DNA of 64,000 bases. Origin: Actinomycetota bacterium. Its GTDB lineage: Bacteria; Actinomycetota; Actinomycetes; Nanopelagicales; Nanopelagicaceae. The stretch is taken from positions 27,909-91,908 of the forward strand of contig WLPT01000001.1 of NCBI GenBank assembly GCA_009698675.1, given 5' to 3'. Each line of letters begins with the position of its first letter. Position 1 is the stretch's first letter. Under the pieces are notes generated by a model. It ran no database searches. It worked only from the letters and a program-made list of their open reading frames with translations, and was not told the origin of the DNA. A program made the position numbers and the translations under genes. Shown here piece by piece: positions 28,697-38,098 of the stretch.

Positions 28697-31201
28697 ATGT
28701 TTGAGCGCTTTACAGACCGAGCCCGCCGTGTTGTTGTGTTGGCCCAAGAAGAGGCTCGCATGCTCAACCACAACTACATCGGCACTGAGCACATCCTGCT
28801 CGGACTCATTCACGAGGGCGAAGGCGTAGCTGCGAAGGCACTTGAATCACTCGGCATCTCTCTTGAAGGTGTACGCGCACAGGTTGAAGAGATTATTGGA
28901 CAAGGCCAACAAGCACCAAGTGGCCATATTCCATTTACACCTCGTGCAAAAAAAGTTCTCGAGCTCTCACTGCGTGAAGCGCTACAGCTCGGACATAACT
29001 ACATCGGAACTGAACATATTCTGCTCGGCCTTATCCGTGAAGGTGAAGGCGTAGCCGCACAAGTCCTTGTAAAACTCGGTGCAGATTTAAACCGTGTACG
29101 TCAGCAAGTAATTCAACTTCTCTCGGGCTATCAAGGTAAAGAGGCCGTTACACAGGGAGGACCTGCCGAAGGCACACCATCGACATCTTTAGTTCTCGAT
29201 CAATTCGGTCGCAACCTGACTCAAGCTGCCCGTGAAGGAAAACTTGATCCAGTCATCGGTCGCGAAAATGAGATTGAACGCGTTATGCAGGTTCTATCTC
29301 GTCGCACCAAGAACAACCCGGTATTAATCGGTGAGCCAGGTGTAGGAAAGACTGCAGTGGTCGAAGGTTTAGCACAGGCGATTTACAAGAACGATGTTCC
29401 AGAGACTCTAAAAGATAAGCAGTTGTACTCACTTGATCTAGGTGCCCTCGTTGCCGGCAGTCGCTACCGCGGAGATTTCGAGGAGCGCTTAAAGAAAGTT
29501 CTCAAAGAGATTAAAACTCGTGGCGATATCATTCTTTTTATCGATGAGATACATACTCTCGTCGGTGCAGGTGCTGCAGAGGGCGCAATCGATGCTGCAA
29601 GTATTTTAAAGCCAATGCTTGCACGAGGTGAGCTCCAGACAATCGGTGCAACAACTCTTGATGAATATCGCAAGCACGTTGAAAAAGATGCAGCCCTTGA
29701 GCGCCGCTTCCAACCAATTCAAGTTAAAGAGCCCTCTGTTGCTCACACAATCGAAATTTTGAAGGGTCTTCGCGATCGCTACGAAACTCACCACCGCGTA
29801 TCTATTACCGATGGTGCCCTTGCAGCCGCGGCAAACCTTGCCGATCGCTATGTATCCGATCGCTTCTTGCCGGATAAGGCGATTGATTTAATCGATGAGG
29901 CAGGCTCACGCCTTCGCATTAAGCGCATGACCGCTCCAGCAGAGCTTCGTGCATTCGATGACAAGATCGCCGATGCCCGTAAGGAAAAAGAGTCAGCTAT
30001 CGATGGCCAAGACTTTGAAAAGGCCGCCGCGCTTCGCGATAAGGAAAAAACCTTAATCGCAGAAAAGCATGAGGCTGAAAAGAATTGGAAGGCAACTGAT
30101 TTGGATAAAGTCACTGAGGTAGATGAAGAGCTCATCGCTCAAGTTCTATCTATCTCAACTGGTATCCCAGTCTTTAAGTTGACCGAAGAAGAGACTGCCC
30201 GTCTGCTTCGGATGGAAGATGAGTTGCATAACCGTGTTATCGGCCAAGATCAAGCGATCAAGGCGCTCTCACAAGCCATTCGTCGCACACGCGCAGGGCT
30301 AAAAGATCCACGCCGTCCAGGTGGATCATTTATCTTCGCTGGTCCATCAGGTGTTGGTAAGACTGAACTTTCACGTACATTGGCATCGTTCTTATTTGGC
30401 GATCAAGATGCACTCATTCAACTCGATATGTCTGAGTACTCAGAGCGTCACACTGCATCACGTTTATTCGGTGCGCCTCCAGGCTACGTCGGATACGACG
30501 AAGGTGGACAGCTCACTGAAAAAGTACGTCGTCGCCCATTCTCAGTCGTTCTCTTTGATGAGATCGAAAAGGCACACCCAGATATTTTTAACTCGCTCCT
30601 TCAAGTTCTAGAAGATGGCCGCCTAACTGATTCACAGGGTCGCACCGTTGACTTTAAGAACACTGTCATCATCATGACGACAAACCTTGGTACTCGCGAT
30701 ATCTCTAAGAGTCTCGGACTTGGCTTTGCCAACAGTGATGATGAGCAGACAAATTATGAGCGCATGAAGGGCAAAGTAAATGACGAACTCAAGACTCATT
30801 TCCGCCCTGAGTTCCTCAACCGTATCGATGATGTAATCGTCTTCCACCAGTTGACTAAAGAGCAGATTGTTCAGATTGTTGATCTCATGATCAAAAATCT
30901 CGATGAACGCCTGCAGGCAAAGGACATGGCAATCGAATTAACTCCAGCGGCAAAGGATTTACTAGCCGCGCGTGGCTATGACCCACTCCTTGGTGCACGT
31001 CCACTTCGTCGCACAATTCAACGTGAGATCGAAGATGCCCTTTCAGAGCGCATCTTGTTCGGCGAACTTAAGGCCGGCGAGATCATCGTTGTAGATGTTG
31101 AAGGCGAAGGAGCAGATGCCGCCTTTACTTTCACAGGTGCGCCAAAGGTTCAAAGTCCTGATAGCCCCGAGGATCTAACACAGGACGCTCCTACAGCGTA
31201 A
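28697..31201 (+). CDS. clpC: ATP-dependent Clp protease ATP-binding subunit ClpC
   Basis: [12 protein letters not shown]-terminus, two AAA modules ([16 protein letters not shown]); RBS AAGGAG. Confidence 0.97.
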   Translation: MFERFTDRARRVVVLAQEEARMLNHNYIGTEHILLGLIHEGEGVAAKALESLGISLEGVRAQVEEIIGQGQQAPSGHIPFTPRAKKVLELSLREALQLGHNYIGTEHILLGLIREGEGVAAQVLVKLGADLNRVRQQVIQLLSGYQGKEAVTQGGPAEGTPSTSLVLDQFGRNLTQAAREGKLDPVIGRENEIERVMQVLSRRTKNNPVLIGEPGVGKTAVVEGLAQAIYKNDVPETLKDKQLYSLDLGALVAGSRYRGDFEERLKKVLKEIKTRGDIILFIDEIHTLVGAGAAEGAIDAASILKPMLARGELQTIGATTLDEYRKHVEKDAALERRFQPIQVKEPSVAHTIEILKGLRDRYETHHRVSITDGALAAAANLADRYVSDRFLPDKAIDLIDEAGSRLRIKRMTAPAELRAFDDKIADARKEKESAIDGQDFEKAAALRDKEKTLIAEKHEAEKNWKATDLDKVTEVDEELIAQVLSISTGIPVFKLTEEETARLLRMEDELHNRVIGQDQAIKALSQAIRRTRAGLKDPRRPGGSFIFAGPSGVGKTELSRTLASFLFGDQDALIQLDMSEYSERHTASRLFGAPPGYVGYDEGGQLTEKVRRRPFSVVLFDEIEKAHPDIFNSLLQVLEDGRLTDSQGRTVDFKNTVIIMTTNLGTRDISKSLGLGFANSDDEQTNYERMKGKVNDELKTHFRPEFLNRIDDVIVFHQLTKEQIVQIVDLMIKNLDERLQAKDMAIELTPAAKDLLAARGYDPLLGARPLRRTIQREIEDALSERILFGELKAGEIIVVDVEGEGADAAFTFTGAPKVQSPDSPEDLTQDAPTA

Positions 31202-31216
31202 CTTCTCTATAGACCC

Positions 31217-32539
31217 GTGATGATGCGACTGAGATTTTTAACTCTTGCGCTGATAACAGGTTTAGCGTTTGCACAATTAGCTCCAGCTTCAGCATCTGTT
31301 AAAGCAGGTGCTGCCTGCACTAAAGTCGGGAAGATTACATTTAAAGCGGGCTATAAATTCACGTGCATAAAAACTGGGAAGAAACTTAAATGGAGCAGGG
31401 CTATCAAAGTTGTAGTTGCAACACCAACACCAACACCAACACCAACACCAACGGTTGATACAGAACCTAAGGCAGGAGATCCACCTTTACCGTCAGAGAA
31501 CTGCGGATATGGAAACTTCTATTACCGCATCAATAACGCAGTTTTGGAGAGATCCTTCTATCCCGATAAGTTATTTACCTCTCAAGACTCCCGGTTAAGT
31601 ACAGAGTTTGATCTAATACGAGTTAAGGCCTATCAAGCCATTCGAGACCACATCTCTACATCTAAAGGTGCTCCCCAGATAGATTTTCATATCGCTCTCG
31701 ACTTTCCAACCGATGAGTTAAACGCACTAAAACAACAACTTAAATTAGTCACTGAATATTGGAGCGACCGTTTCCAACTGGGAGCCCATGTACAAGCAAC
31801 ATTCTTGACTGAGAAGGATTCAGCGCTAATAGATGCATCTAATACAACGAACTCAGTTGATGCCAAGTGGATAATGGATACCTATCTAGATCCCAAAAAT
31901 TTCGGCATGACGAACTGCGGTTGGCGAAATGGAATTGCCGGGGCACATGTGCTCAATCTAGGCATAAATATCGGACAGGTTGGCTACTGGATTGTTTTCC
32001 CAAGTTGGCACACGAGTAAAGATTGGGATCCAGTAAATCTTCCTCATGAATTCACACATAGTATTCAAGGCTTAATTTGGTCGAACAATGAAGTAATGGG
32101 CCACCGAGATGATTGGATTGCCTATAACTTCACCGAAGGCGGAGCGCAGATATTTGGAACAGCTTTAGCCTTTCCAAATATTGGTTGGTACAACGATGAG
32201 ATCAATCGTAAAATTATGGATGGTTTTCGTGGTGGCCCAACTTCAGTGAGGCTGGCTCCTACAACCACAGCAGAAATTATCTCAATGCTTCAAATATCCG
32301 AAAAGAATGACAATGCAAATGGATCTGCATGGGCTTACACCGTTGGGTTCCATTTATGGGAGTGGGTCATTGCTAACTACGGTTTTGACGCTTACTGGGA
32401 TATTGCTAAAGGCGTATCCAGTAATCAAAGCTACGATGCCACAGTTCTAAAAGTTATAGGCAAATCGAAATCAGATCTATATAACGAAGCCGCACCGTAT
32501 ATTCTTAAGAGTTTTCAAGCCGCGCTAGTAGAACAATAG
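31217..32539 (+). CDS. secreted protein: Cys-containing N-terminal module, PT linker, putative gluzincin domain
   Basis: Signal peptide; VKAGAACTKVG...FTCIKTGKKLKWS; (TP)n; HEFTH followed by EGGA. Confidence 0.75.
   Translation: MMMRLRFLTLALITGLAFAQLAPASASVKAGAACTKVGKITFKAGYKFTCIKTGKKLKWSRAIKVVVATPTPTPTPTPTVDTEPKAGDPPLPSENCGYGNFYYRINNAVLERSFYPDKLFTSQDSRLSTEFDLIRVKAYQAIRDHISTSKGAPQIDFHIALDFPTDELNALKQQLKLVTEYWSDRFQLGAHVQATFLTEKDSALIDASNTTNSVDAKWIMDTYLDPKNFGMTNCGWRNGIAGAHVLNLGINIGQVGYWIVFPSWHTSKDWDPVNLPHEFTHSIQGLIWSNNEVMGHRDDWIAYNFTEGGAQIFGTALAFPNIGWYNDEINRKIMDGFRGGPTSVRLAPTTTAEIISMLQISEKNDNANGSAWAYTVGFHLWEWVIANYGFDAYWDIAKGVSSNQSYDATVLKVIGKSKSDLYNEAAPYILKSFQAALVEQ
31420..31452 (+). repeat. hexanucleotide microsatellite (ACACCA)5 encoding a Thr-Pro linker
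   Basis: Direct reading of the sequence. Confidence 0.9.
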
Positions 32540-32793
32540 ATTCCGCTCACCAAAAAATTCACTGCATTCAAGCCAGAGTGTCCAAAGGGATTCAAGAAGA
32601 AGTGATCTAGTGGGTGGATTTGACTCAAAGCCCCTGAGTAGTCATTGCAATCGAGGGACCCACAATTGGATTTTCTTGGAGTTAGGCCCGATTTTATGGA
32701 AATATCCAATAGTGGCTCATCGAGAATATTTTGTACTCCGCGCGCCAGATCACTGGGAAATGTCAAACTTTCACAGGCTTCTAACAGGGTTTA

Positions 32794-32824
32794 TGACCGG
32801 TCAAAAGGTAGAATTGACCGGTCA
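32794..32824. promoter_or_regulatory. double palindrome / 11-bp inverted repeat upstream of flp
   Basis: TGACCGGTCAA-N9-TTGACCGGTCA. Confidence 0.6.
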
Positions 32825-32853
32825 GGCTCTCTACCCAAAGGAAAAGGAACACC

Positions 32854-33108
32854 ATGACTAGTTTCGTTATAAAAGCTATTGCAGCACGTAATGTTGCACT
32901 TTCCCAAGTTCAGGACAAACTGTCACGTTTTTCACGTGAAGAAAGCGGAGCCACTGCCGTTGAGTACGCACTCATTGTTGGTTTGATCGCTGTTGCGATC
33001 ATTGTTGCCGTGACTTTGCTCGGAACAAACATCTCCATCCTATTTAGCCGCGCAGCTTGCGTTGTTAAGGGTGGAACTTGGAACTCTACAACAAACGTGT
33101 GCGCCTAA
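32854..33108 (+). CDS. flp: Flp family type IVc (Tad) pilin
   Basis: EESG|ATAVEY cleavage/Flp motif, hydrophobic helix; RBS AAGGA. Confidence 0.95.
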   Translation: MTSFVIKAIAARNVALSQVQDKLSRFSREESGATAVEYALIVGLIAVAIIVAVTLLGTNISILFSRAACVVKGGTWNSTTNVCA

Positions 33109-33123
33109 CACAAAAAGTTCATA

Positions 33124-33171
33124 AAGCACTCCTTCGCACCGAAAGAACATCCAAGGTGCGAGGGAGTGCTT
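33124..33171 (+). terminator. 17-bp stem-loop after flp (terminator/attenuator or mRNA stabiliser)
   Basis: AAGCACTCCTTCGCACC / GGTGCGAGGGAGTGCTT, one G-U pair. Confidence 0.65.
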
Positions 33172-33605
33172 CACTTTACGAGAGCGGCGCAACCGCAGTT
33201 GAATTTGCTCTAATTCTTCCTCTATTGCTAGTTCTAATTATCGGTCTCATTGATTTTGGCCGCATGGGATTTGTGCAGGTGAGTGTTACTGCAGCATCTC
33301 GTGAAGGCGCTCGTTATAGCTCGCTTTATTCTTCAGGTGTTGGAAGCACGCAAGCTCTGAGCGATTTTGTTCAAACGTCGGCTCCCGCTGCAGCACGTGT
33401 GGCCCAACTCGATGGTGCAGGTGTTTTGACGGTTGTAGTAACTCAGTGTTCGGCTACACAAACTTCAGAAAATACTTCAGTTGCTGCATCAACTAACTTC
33501 AAGTGGCTGCTGCCAGTAGGCTTGATATCAATCATTTCACCTGGTTCTACATGGGTTCAGGATTTCACAATCACCTCAACAGGCACAATGAGGTGTATGA
33601 ACTAA
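33156..33605 (+). CDS. tadE: TadE-like pseudopilin
   Basis: ESG|ATAVEFALILP...IDFG...AASREGAR; start uncertain. Confidence 0.9.
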   Translation: MRGSASLYESGATAVEFALILPLLLVLIIGLIDFGRMGFVQVSVTAASREGARYSSLYSSGVGSTQALSDFVQTSAPAAARVAQLDGAGVLTVVVTQCSATQTSENTSVAASTNFKWLLPVGLISIISPGSTWVQDFTITSTGTMRCMN

Positions 33606-34808
33606 ATGTTAAAGAAAATGGTTGATCTTAAAAGAGAAGATGGTGCGGTTGTCGCCCTATTTGCAATTCTAATGTCATCTGTTTTGGTGATCGCCTTGTT
33701 TGTAATAGTTTTCGATATATCTGCCCTCTATTCAGAACGTCGGGTTATTCAAAATACTGCGGATTCATCAGTCCTAGCGACAACACAGGAATGTGCCATC
33801 GGTGGTACGGGTGCGATAATTAATCTCAATAACGCTTATTCAACTGGTGTTTGTGATAATCAAAGCTTCGCGCTTGATTTTGCAGGCAAGTATGCGAACC
33901 TGAACTCACCCGATTCACTAACTGATGTCTCAGAGATATGCGGAACGGCCTCCTTGAATCAATGTGGTTCCCTCAATACAGGCCAATTTGAGTGTAAATC
34001 AGTGAATTCGGCCTATAAGAATTATGTACGCGTAAAGACTAGTACTCGACAAAGCACCGGAACTTCAATCACTTCGTTATTTACATCTTTAGTGAATCCC
34101 TCGCAGGCAAATGTAAAAGTTATAGGTTGTGCCCAATCTGCATGGGGCAAATCTGCATATGCGCCAGTGATACTTCCAATTGCACTTCCCATATGTGATT
34201 ACGCCCTGAATGGAACTAAATTGATTCAGGATTTTGTCTCAAACAATCCAGTTGTTACAGGCGGATGCACTATCAATGATTTAAACGGTGACGTCTTTAC
34301 TTATTCATCCCCAACCAACGGCTTTAGTCTCCTTAGTGGATTTGCTTGTCCTGGAATTGGCACCCCCACAAAAGTAAATGTCGGCGACACGTTGCAAGTT
34401 GAATCTTCAATGTCACAGGTCATTTCTGCATGCGCTGGCGGAGCTGTCCAATTTCAGAGGCAAATTCGCAAACTTCTCAATACGAATGTCTATTTACCAA
34501 TCGTTACGAGTGCAGCTTGTCAATCTCAGTCAGTAAATTGTCAAGGAAACTATACTTTCAAAGTTGCAAGTTTTTTTAGTCTTAAATATCTGGGTAGTAA
34601 GTGGAAAAATCAATTAGTCGATGGCGCGAATCCAGTTTGCGTTGTTGGCGACCCATGCCAAACAAATCAAAGTTGGCCTGTGGCATGTGACGCGACTCGA
34701 ATCTGCATTTACGGTACCTTTGAGCGCACAATTGTCCCGGGTGCAGATGTGTCGCTTGATCCAACCTTCCCCGCCGTAGGCGCTATGGCAGTTCAACTAC
34801 TACCGTGA
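33606..34808 (+). CDS. tadG: TadG-like pilus assembly/tip protein, Cys-rich
   Basis: EDG|AVV, D......R..Q..AD..VLA Tad motif; 16 Cys. Confidence 0.8.
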   Translation: MLKKMVDLKREDGAVVALFAILMSSVLVIALFVIVFDISALYSERRVIQNTADSSVLATTQECAIGGTGAIINLNNAYSTGVCDNQSFALDFAGKYANLNSPDSLTDVSEICGTASLNQCGSLNTGQFECKSVNSAYKNYVRVKTSTRQSTGTSITSLFTSLVNPSQANVKVIGCAQSAWGKSAYAPVILPIALPICDYALNGTKLIQDFVSNNPVVTGGCTINDLNGDVFTYSSPTNGFSLLSGFACPGIGTPTKVNVGDTLQVESSMSQVISACAGGAVQFQRQIRKLLNTNVYLPIVTSAACQSQSVNCQGNYTFKVASFFSLKYLGSKWKNQLVDGANPVCVVGDPCQTNQSWPVACDATRICIYGTFERTIVPGADVSLDPTFPAVGAMAVQLLP

Positions 34809-34821
34809 TTGAAAGTGAGCT

Positions 34822-35556
34822 ATGAAACTAAAAGTCCGCTCTAAGATGAAGAAGTCGACAGCCCAACTAGTCGCCATCATTCTTCTTTCCGTGCTCTCTG
34901 GTTTATCTATCTATACATATACATCCGGAGTGGAATCTCGTCTTCGCTCAACGCAGCAGACAACTGCTGTTTTGATTGCGCTCAAGCAGATTCCCATTGG
35001 AACTGCTCTTGGGTCGGCAATTAACCAGGGATACATAGAGGAAAAGCAATTTCCGCATGATTCTGTGCCAACACAAGCCATGCCAGCAGTCAATGCCACA
35101 AACTCTGATTTAGTGGCTTTACAAACTCTGCAGCCAGGACAACTACTTTTGCAAACTAATTTCGGAGTCAGTGCGGCAAATACTGGCGCACTTGTTATTC
35201 CTGATGGGCAGTTAGCGGTTACGGTTTCTTTGTCGGATCCGGCTCGCGTTGCCAGTTTCTTGCAACCTGGATCTGAAATCACAATCTTTGTCACAGGGCA
35301 AAATGGAAATATTAAGTTCACCCAAGTACTGATTTCTCGAACCCAAGTATTGGCGGTCGGAAGTCAAGTCTTGCCATCACCAGATGGATCCTCAAGTGGA
35401 AATACATCTGCGCTTATCACTGTTGCAGTATCGCCCATCCAGGCAAAGCGTCTGGTTCATGCATCTCAGACCTTGTCACTTTACTTCGGCCTAAGAACCG
35501 CCGGTGTTGATTTTGGAACCTCTGCACCCGTCACCGACGATTCATTATTTAATTAA
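34822..35556 (+). CDS. cpaB: Flp pilus assembly protein CpaB/RcpC
   Basis: TM + SAF-like (IPIGT) + RcpC domain (FLQPGSEI, VLAVG). Confidence 0.9.
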   Translation: MKLKVRSKMKKSTAQLVAIILLSVLSGLSIYTYTSGVESRLRSTQQTTAVLIALKQIPIGTALGSAINQGYIEEKQFPHDSVPTQAMPAVNATNSDLVALQTLQPGQLLLQTNFGVSAANTGALVIPDGQLAVTVSLSDPARVASFLQPGSEITIFVTGQNGNIKFTQVLISRTQVLAVGSQVLPSPDGSSSGNTSALITVAVSPIQAKRLVHASQTLSLYFGLRTAGVDFGTSAPVTDDSLFN

Positions 35557-35576
35557 GAGAGAAAGAGTTAAAACCT

Positions 35577-36743
35577 ATGACGTTCATCCTTACTGATACT
35601 AGTGACGAATCGCAGCGGTATCAATTCACCTTGGGTGAAGATGTCACTGTTACGACTTCAACATATGAACTTTACGATCTTGTGACGGATAATAGTTCAG
35701 AGCAGTTGATTATTATTGGGCCAAACGTGAAAATGGAAACTGCTCGCGTGGTTGCCGAACATTTCCGAGTTATCCGCCCAAGCCTTGGGGTAATTCTCGT
35801 CCGTAGTCGTTTGGATGTGACGACAATGGGCGAGGCTTTACGTTCTGGAATCCGCGAAGTTGTCAGTTCAGACGATGCCGCAGCTTTAGTTGCCGCAAGT
35901 AAGCGATCATTGTTGATCTCTTCGCAGCTAAAAGAAGCCAATAAAGTTGCAGGTTCTGTTCTTGCACGTGGAAAGATTCTAATTGTTTTCTCCGCAAAGG
36001 GAGGCTGTGGCAAAACTACCTTGTCGGTCAACTTAGCCCATGCACTTGCTTCCCACACTGAATCAAAAGTTGCTCTACTTGACTTCGATTTGCAGTTCGG
36101 AGATATCGCCGTGGCGTTGCAAATTGAACCAAAGAAGACAATCAGTGATGCGATTAGTATGCAGACAAATCTAGATGAATTAGGCATTAAATCGTTGATG
36201 GTAAGCCAACAAAAGAATCTAGATATTTTGTTAGCTCCTACTAACCCAACAGATATAGAGTTCATTTCAACAGAACTGATTGACAATTTACTTGAATCTC
36301 TAAGAAACTCATACGACTATATCGTTGTAGATACACCTCCCGCTTTCACTGATGTCATTTTACGCGTATTCGATCAAGCAGATCGTTGCTTTTTACTAAC
36401 TACTCTTGATATGCCAGCAATCAAGAATCTTAAATTGGTGATTAGTACGCTTGAGGCAATTAATGTCAACAAATCAAAATTGGAGTTCATTCTAAATAGA
36501 AGCGATATCAAATCAGGATTATCACTTCGCGAAGTTGAAGAAATGGTTGGAGAGACGTTTACAAGTTTGATTCCATCAAGCAATGAAGTTTCAGCTTCCA
36601 CTAATCGAGGTGTTCCGCTAGTGGTAGATAATCCACGTCACCCTGTAAGTCGCGAGATCATTGACCTAGCAGTACGGACGGACATGGGTTTTAGGCCAAC
36701 AGAAGGCAAGAAACGAAGCACGTTTGGGAGAAAGAGCAAATGA
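35577..36743 (+). CDS. cpaE: CpaE/TadZ MinD-like pilus ATPase
   Basis: SAKGGCGKT deviant Walker A, DFDLQFGD, receiver-like N-terminus. Confidence 0.88.
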   Translation: MTFILTDTSDESQRYQFTLGEDVTVTTSTYELYDLVTDNSSEQLIIIGPNVKMETARVVAEHFRVIRPSLGVILVRSRLDVTTMGEALRSGIREVVSSDDAAALVAASKRSLLISSQLKEANKVAGSVLARGKILIVFSAKGGCGKTTLSVNLAHALASHTESKVALLDFDLQFGDIAVALQIEPKKTISDAISMQTNLDELGIKSLMVSQQKNLDILLAPTNPTDIEFISTELIDNLLESLRNSYDYIVVDTPPAFTDVILRVFDQADRCFLLTTLDMPAIKNLKLVISTLEAINVNKSKLEFILNRSDIKSGLSLREVEEMVGETFTSLIPSSNEVSASTNRGVPLVVDNPRHPVSREIIDLAVRTDMGFRPTEGKKRSTFGRKSK

Positions 36744-38095
36744 GCCTCTCACAGCGCTTAGGGCAGGGCGATTCAGAGAACGCAAAGTCCTTTCCAGATT
36801 TAAGTAAGTTGAGCGAGGAGTTGAATCCCCGCTATGAGCAGCCAACTACAAGTGATAATAGTATTAAGAACCAGGTACTAGAGACGCTGATTCAATCTCT
36901 CGGACAGCAGTTGTATTCAGGCCAAGTTGAGGAAGAAGTGCTTGAGCAACATGTCTACGAAGCAATTGCCTCGGTAATTTCTGCAAGCCAACGATCTCTG
37001 ACAAGTTATGACCGAGCTGAGTTAGTCCAAAATATCGTTGACGAGATTTTAGGTCTTGGACCCCTCCAAACATTGCTTCGAAATCCGGATATAACTGAAG
37101 TCATGGTCAACCGATTCGATCGTATTTTTATTGAAGTCAAAGGCCGTATTACTCAGACAGATTTGAAATTCTCTTCTGAAGAGCATTTACGTCGGACAAT
37201 CGAGAGAATTGTTGGTCAAGTTGGCCGCCGTATCGATGAGTCTAGCCCAATGGTTGATGCACGTTTGGTTGACGGAAGTCGTGTAAATGCCGTTGTTCCT
37301 CCTATCGCACTTGACGGTTCTTCGCTAACAATTCGAAAATTTTCTCAAGACCCATTTACCGTAAAAGATCTTATTGCTACAGGGACTGTTTCTATCGATG
37401 CAATGCAGTTATTAGAAAATTGTGTAGCTGGTAAGTTCAATGTAGTCATTAGTGGTGGAACTGGTTCTGGAAAAACGACAACTTTAAACGTTCTATCATC
37501 ATTTATCGGTAAAGATGAGCGGATTATTACCATTGAAGATGCCGCGGAATTACAACTCTCTCAGCCACATGTAGTACGTATGGAATCTCGCCCAGTAAAT
37601 ACCGAAGGTAAGGGTCAAGTAACGATTAGGGATTTAGTTCGCAACTCACTACGTATGCGGCCTGATCGAATTGTGATTGGTGAAGTTCGTGATGCGGCAG
37701 CTTTAGATATGTTGCAGGCCATGAATACCGGTCATGAAGGTTCATTAACAACCGTTCACGCCAATACTTCACGAGATGCATTAACACGCATTGAAACAAT
37801 GGTACTGATGGCAGGCATGGATTTACCCGTTGAATTCATCCGCCAACAAATCGTTGAGGCGATTGACGTAATTGTGCAGCAAAATCGCATGCGTGATGGA
37901 TCACGACGCATCACACAGATAAGCGAAGTGGTTGGTCTTGAGGGCAGTGTCATTCAGATGCAAGATATCTACACTTTTAGATACAACGATGATCCTGCCA
38001 GTAAGCACCCAGGAGAATTGATTTCAACGGGAATTCCATTCCACAATAACAATCCCCGAAGAGGCAATTCCTCCTCCTCAAGCATTTTGCGATAA
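36740..38095 (+). CDS. tadA: CpaF/TadA pilus assembly ATPase
   Basis: GGTGSGKT, IEDAAEL, RMRPDRIVIGE, MNTGHEG. Confidence 0.95.
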   Translation: MSLSQRLGQGDSENAKSFPDLSKLSEELNPRYEQPTTSDNSIKNQVLETLIQSLGQQLYSGQVEEEVLEQHVYEAIASVISASQRSLTSYDRAELVQNIVDEILGLGPLQTLLRNPDITEVMVNRFDRIFIEVKGRITQTDLKFSSEEHLRRTIERIVGQVGRRIDESSPMVDARLVDGSRVNAVVPPIALDGSSLTIRKFSQDPFTVKDLIATGTVSIDAMQLLENCVAGKFNVVISGGTGSGKTTTLNVLSSFIGKDERIITIEDAAELQLSQPHVVRMESRPVNTEGKGQVTIRDLVRNSLRMRPDRIVIGEVRDAAALDMLQAMNTGHEGSLTTVHANTSRDALTRIETMVLMAGMDLPVEFIRQQIVEAIDVIVQQNRMRDGSRRITQISEVVGLEGSVIQMQDIYTFRYNDDPASKHPGELISTGIPFHNNNPRRGNSSSSSILR

Positions 38096-38098
38096 TTC

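Noticed and set aside
31420-31452. (ACACCA)n as a phase-variation switch or CRISPR
   Set aside because: The unit is a multiple of 3, so slippage only changes linker length; no spacers.
32515-32861. Short ORFs (32515-32766, 32610-32861, 32645-32857) in the pre-flp gap
   Set aside because: No RBS or motifs, mutually overlapping; more consistent with noncoding regulatory DNA.
35672-36286. Long antisense ORFs (also 9743-10243, 46474-47007, 54909-55493, 61335-61823)
   Set aside because: Shadows of well-supported genes on the opposite strand with no independent signals.
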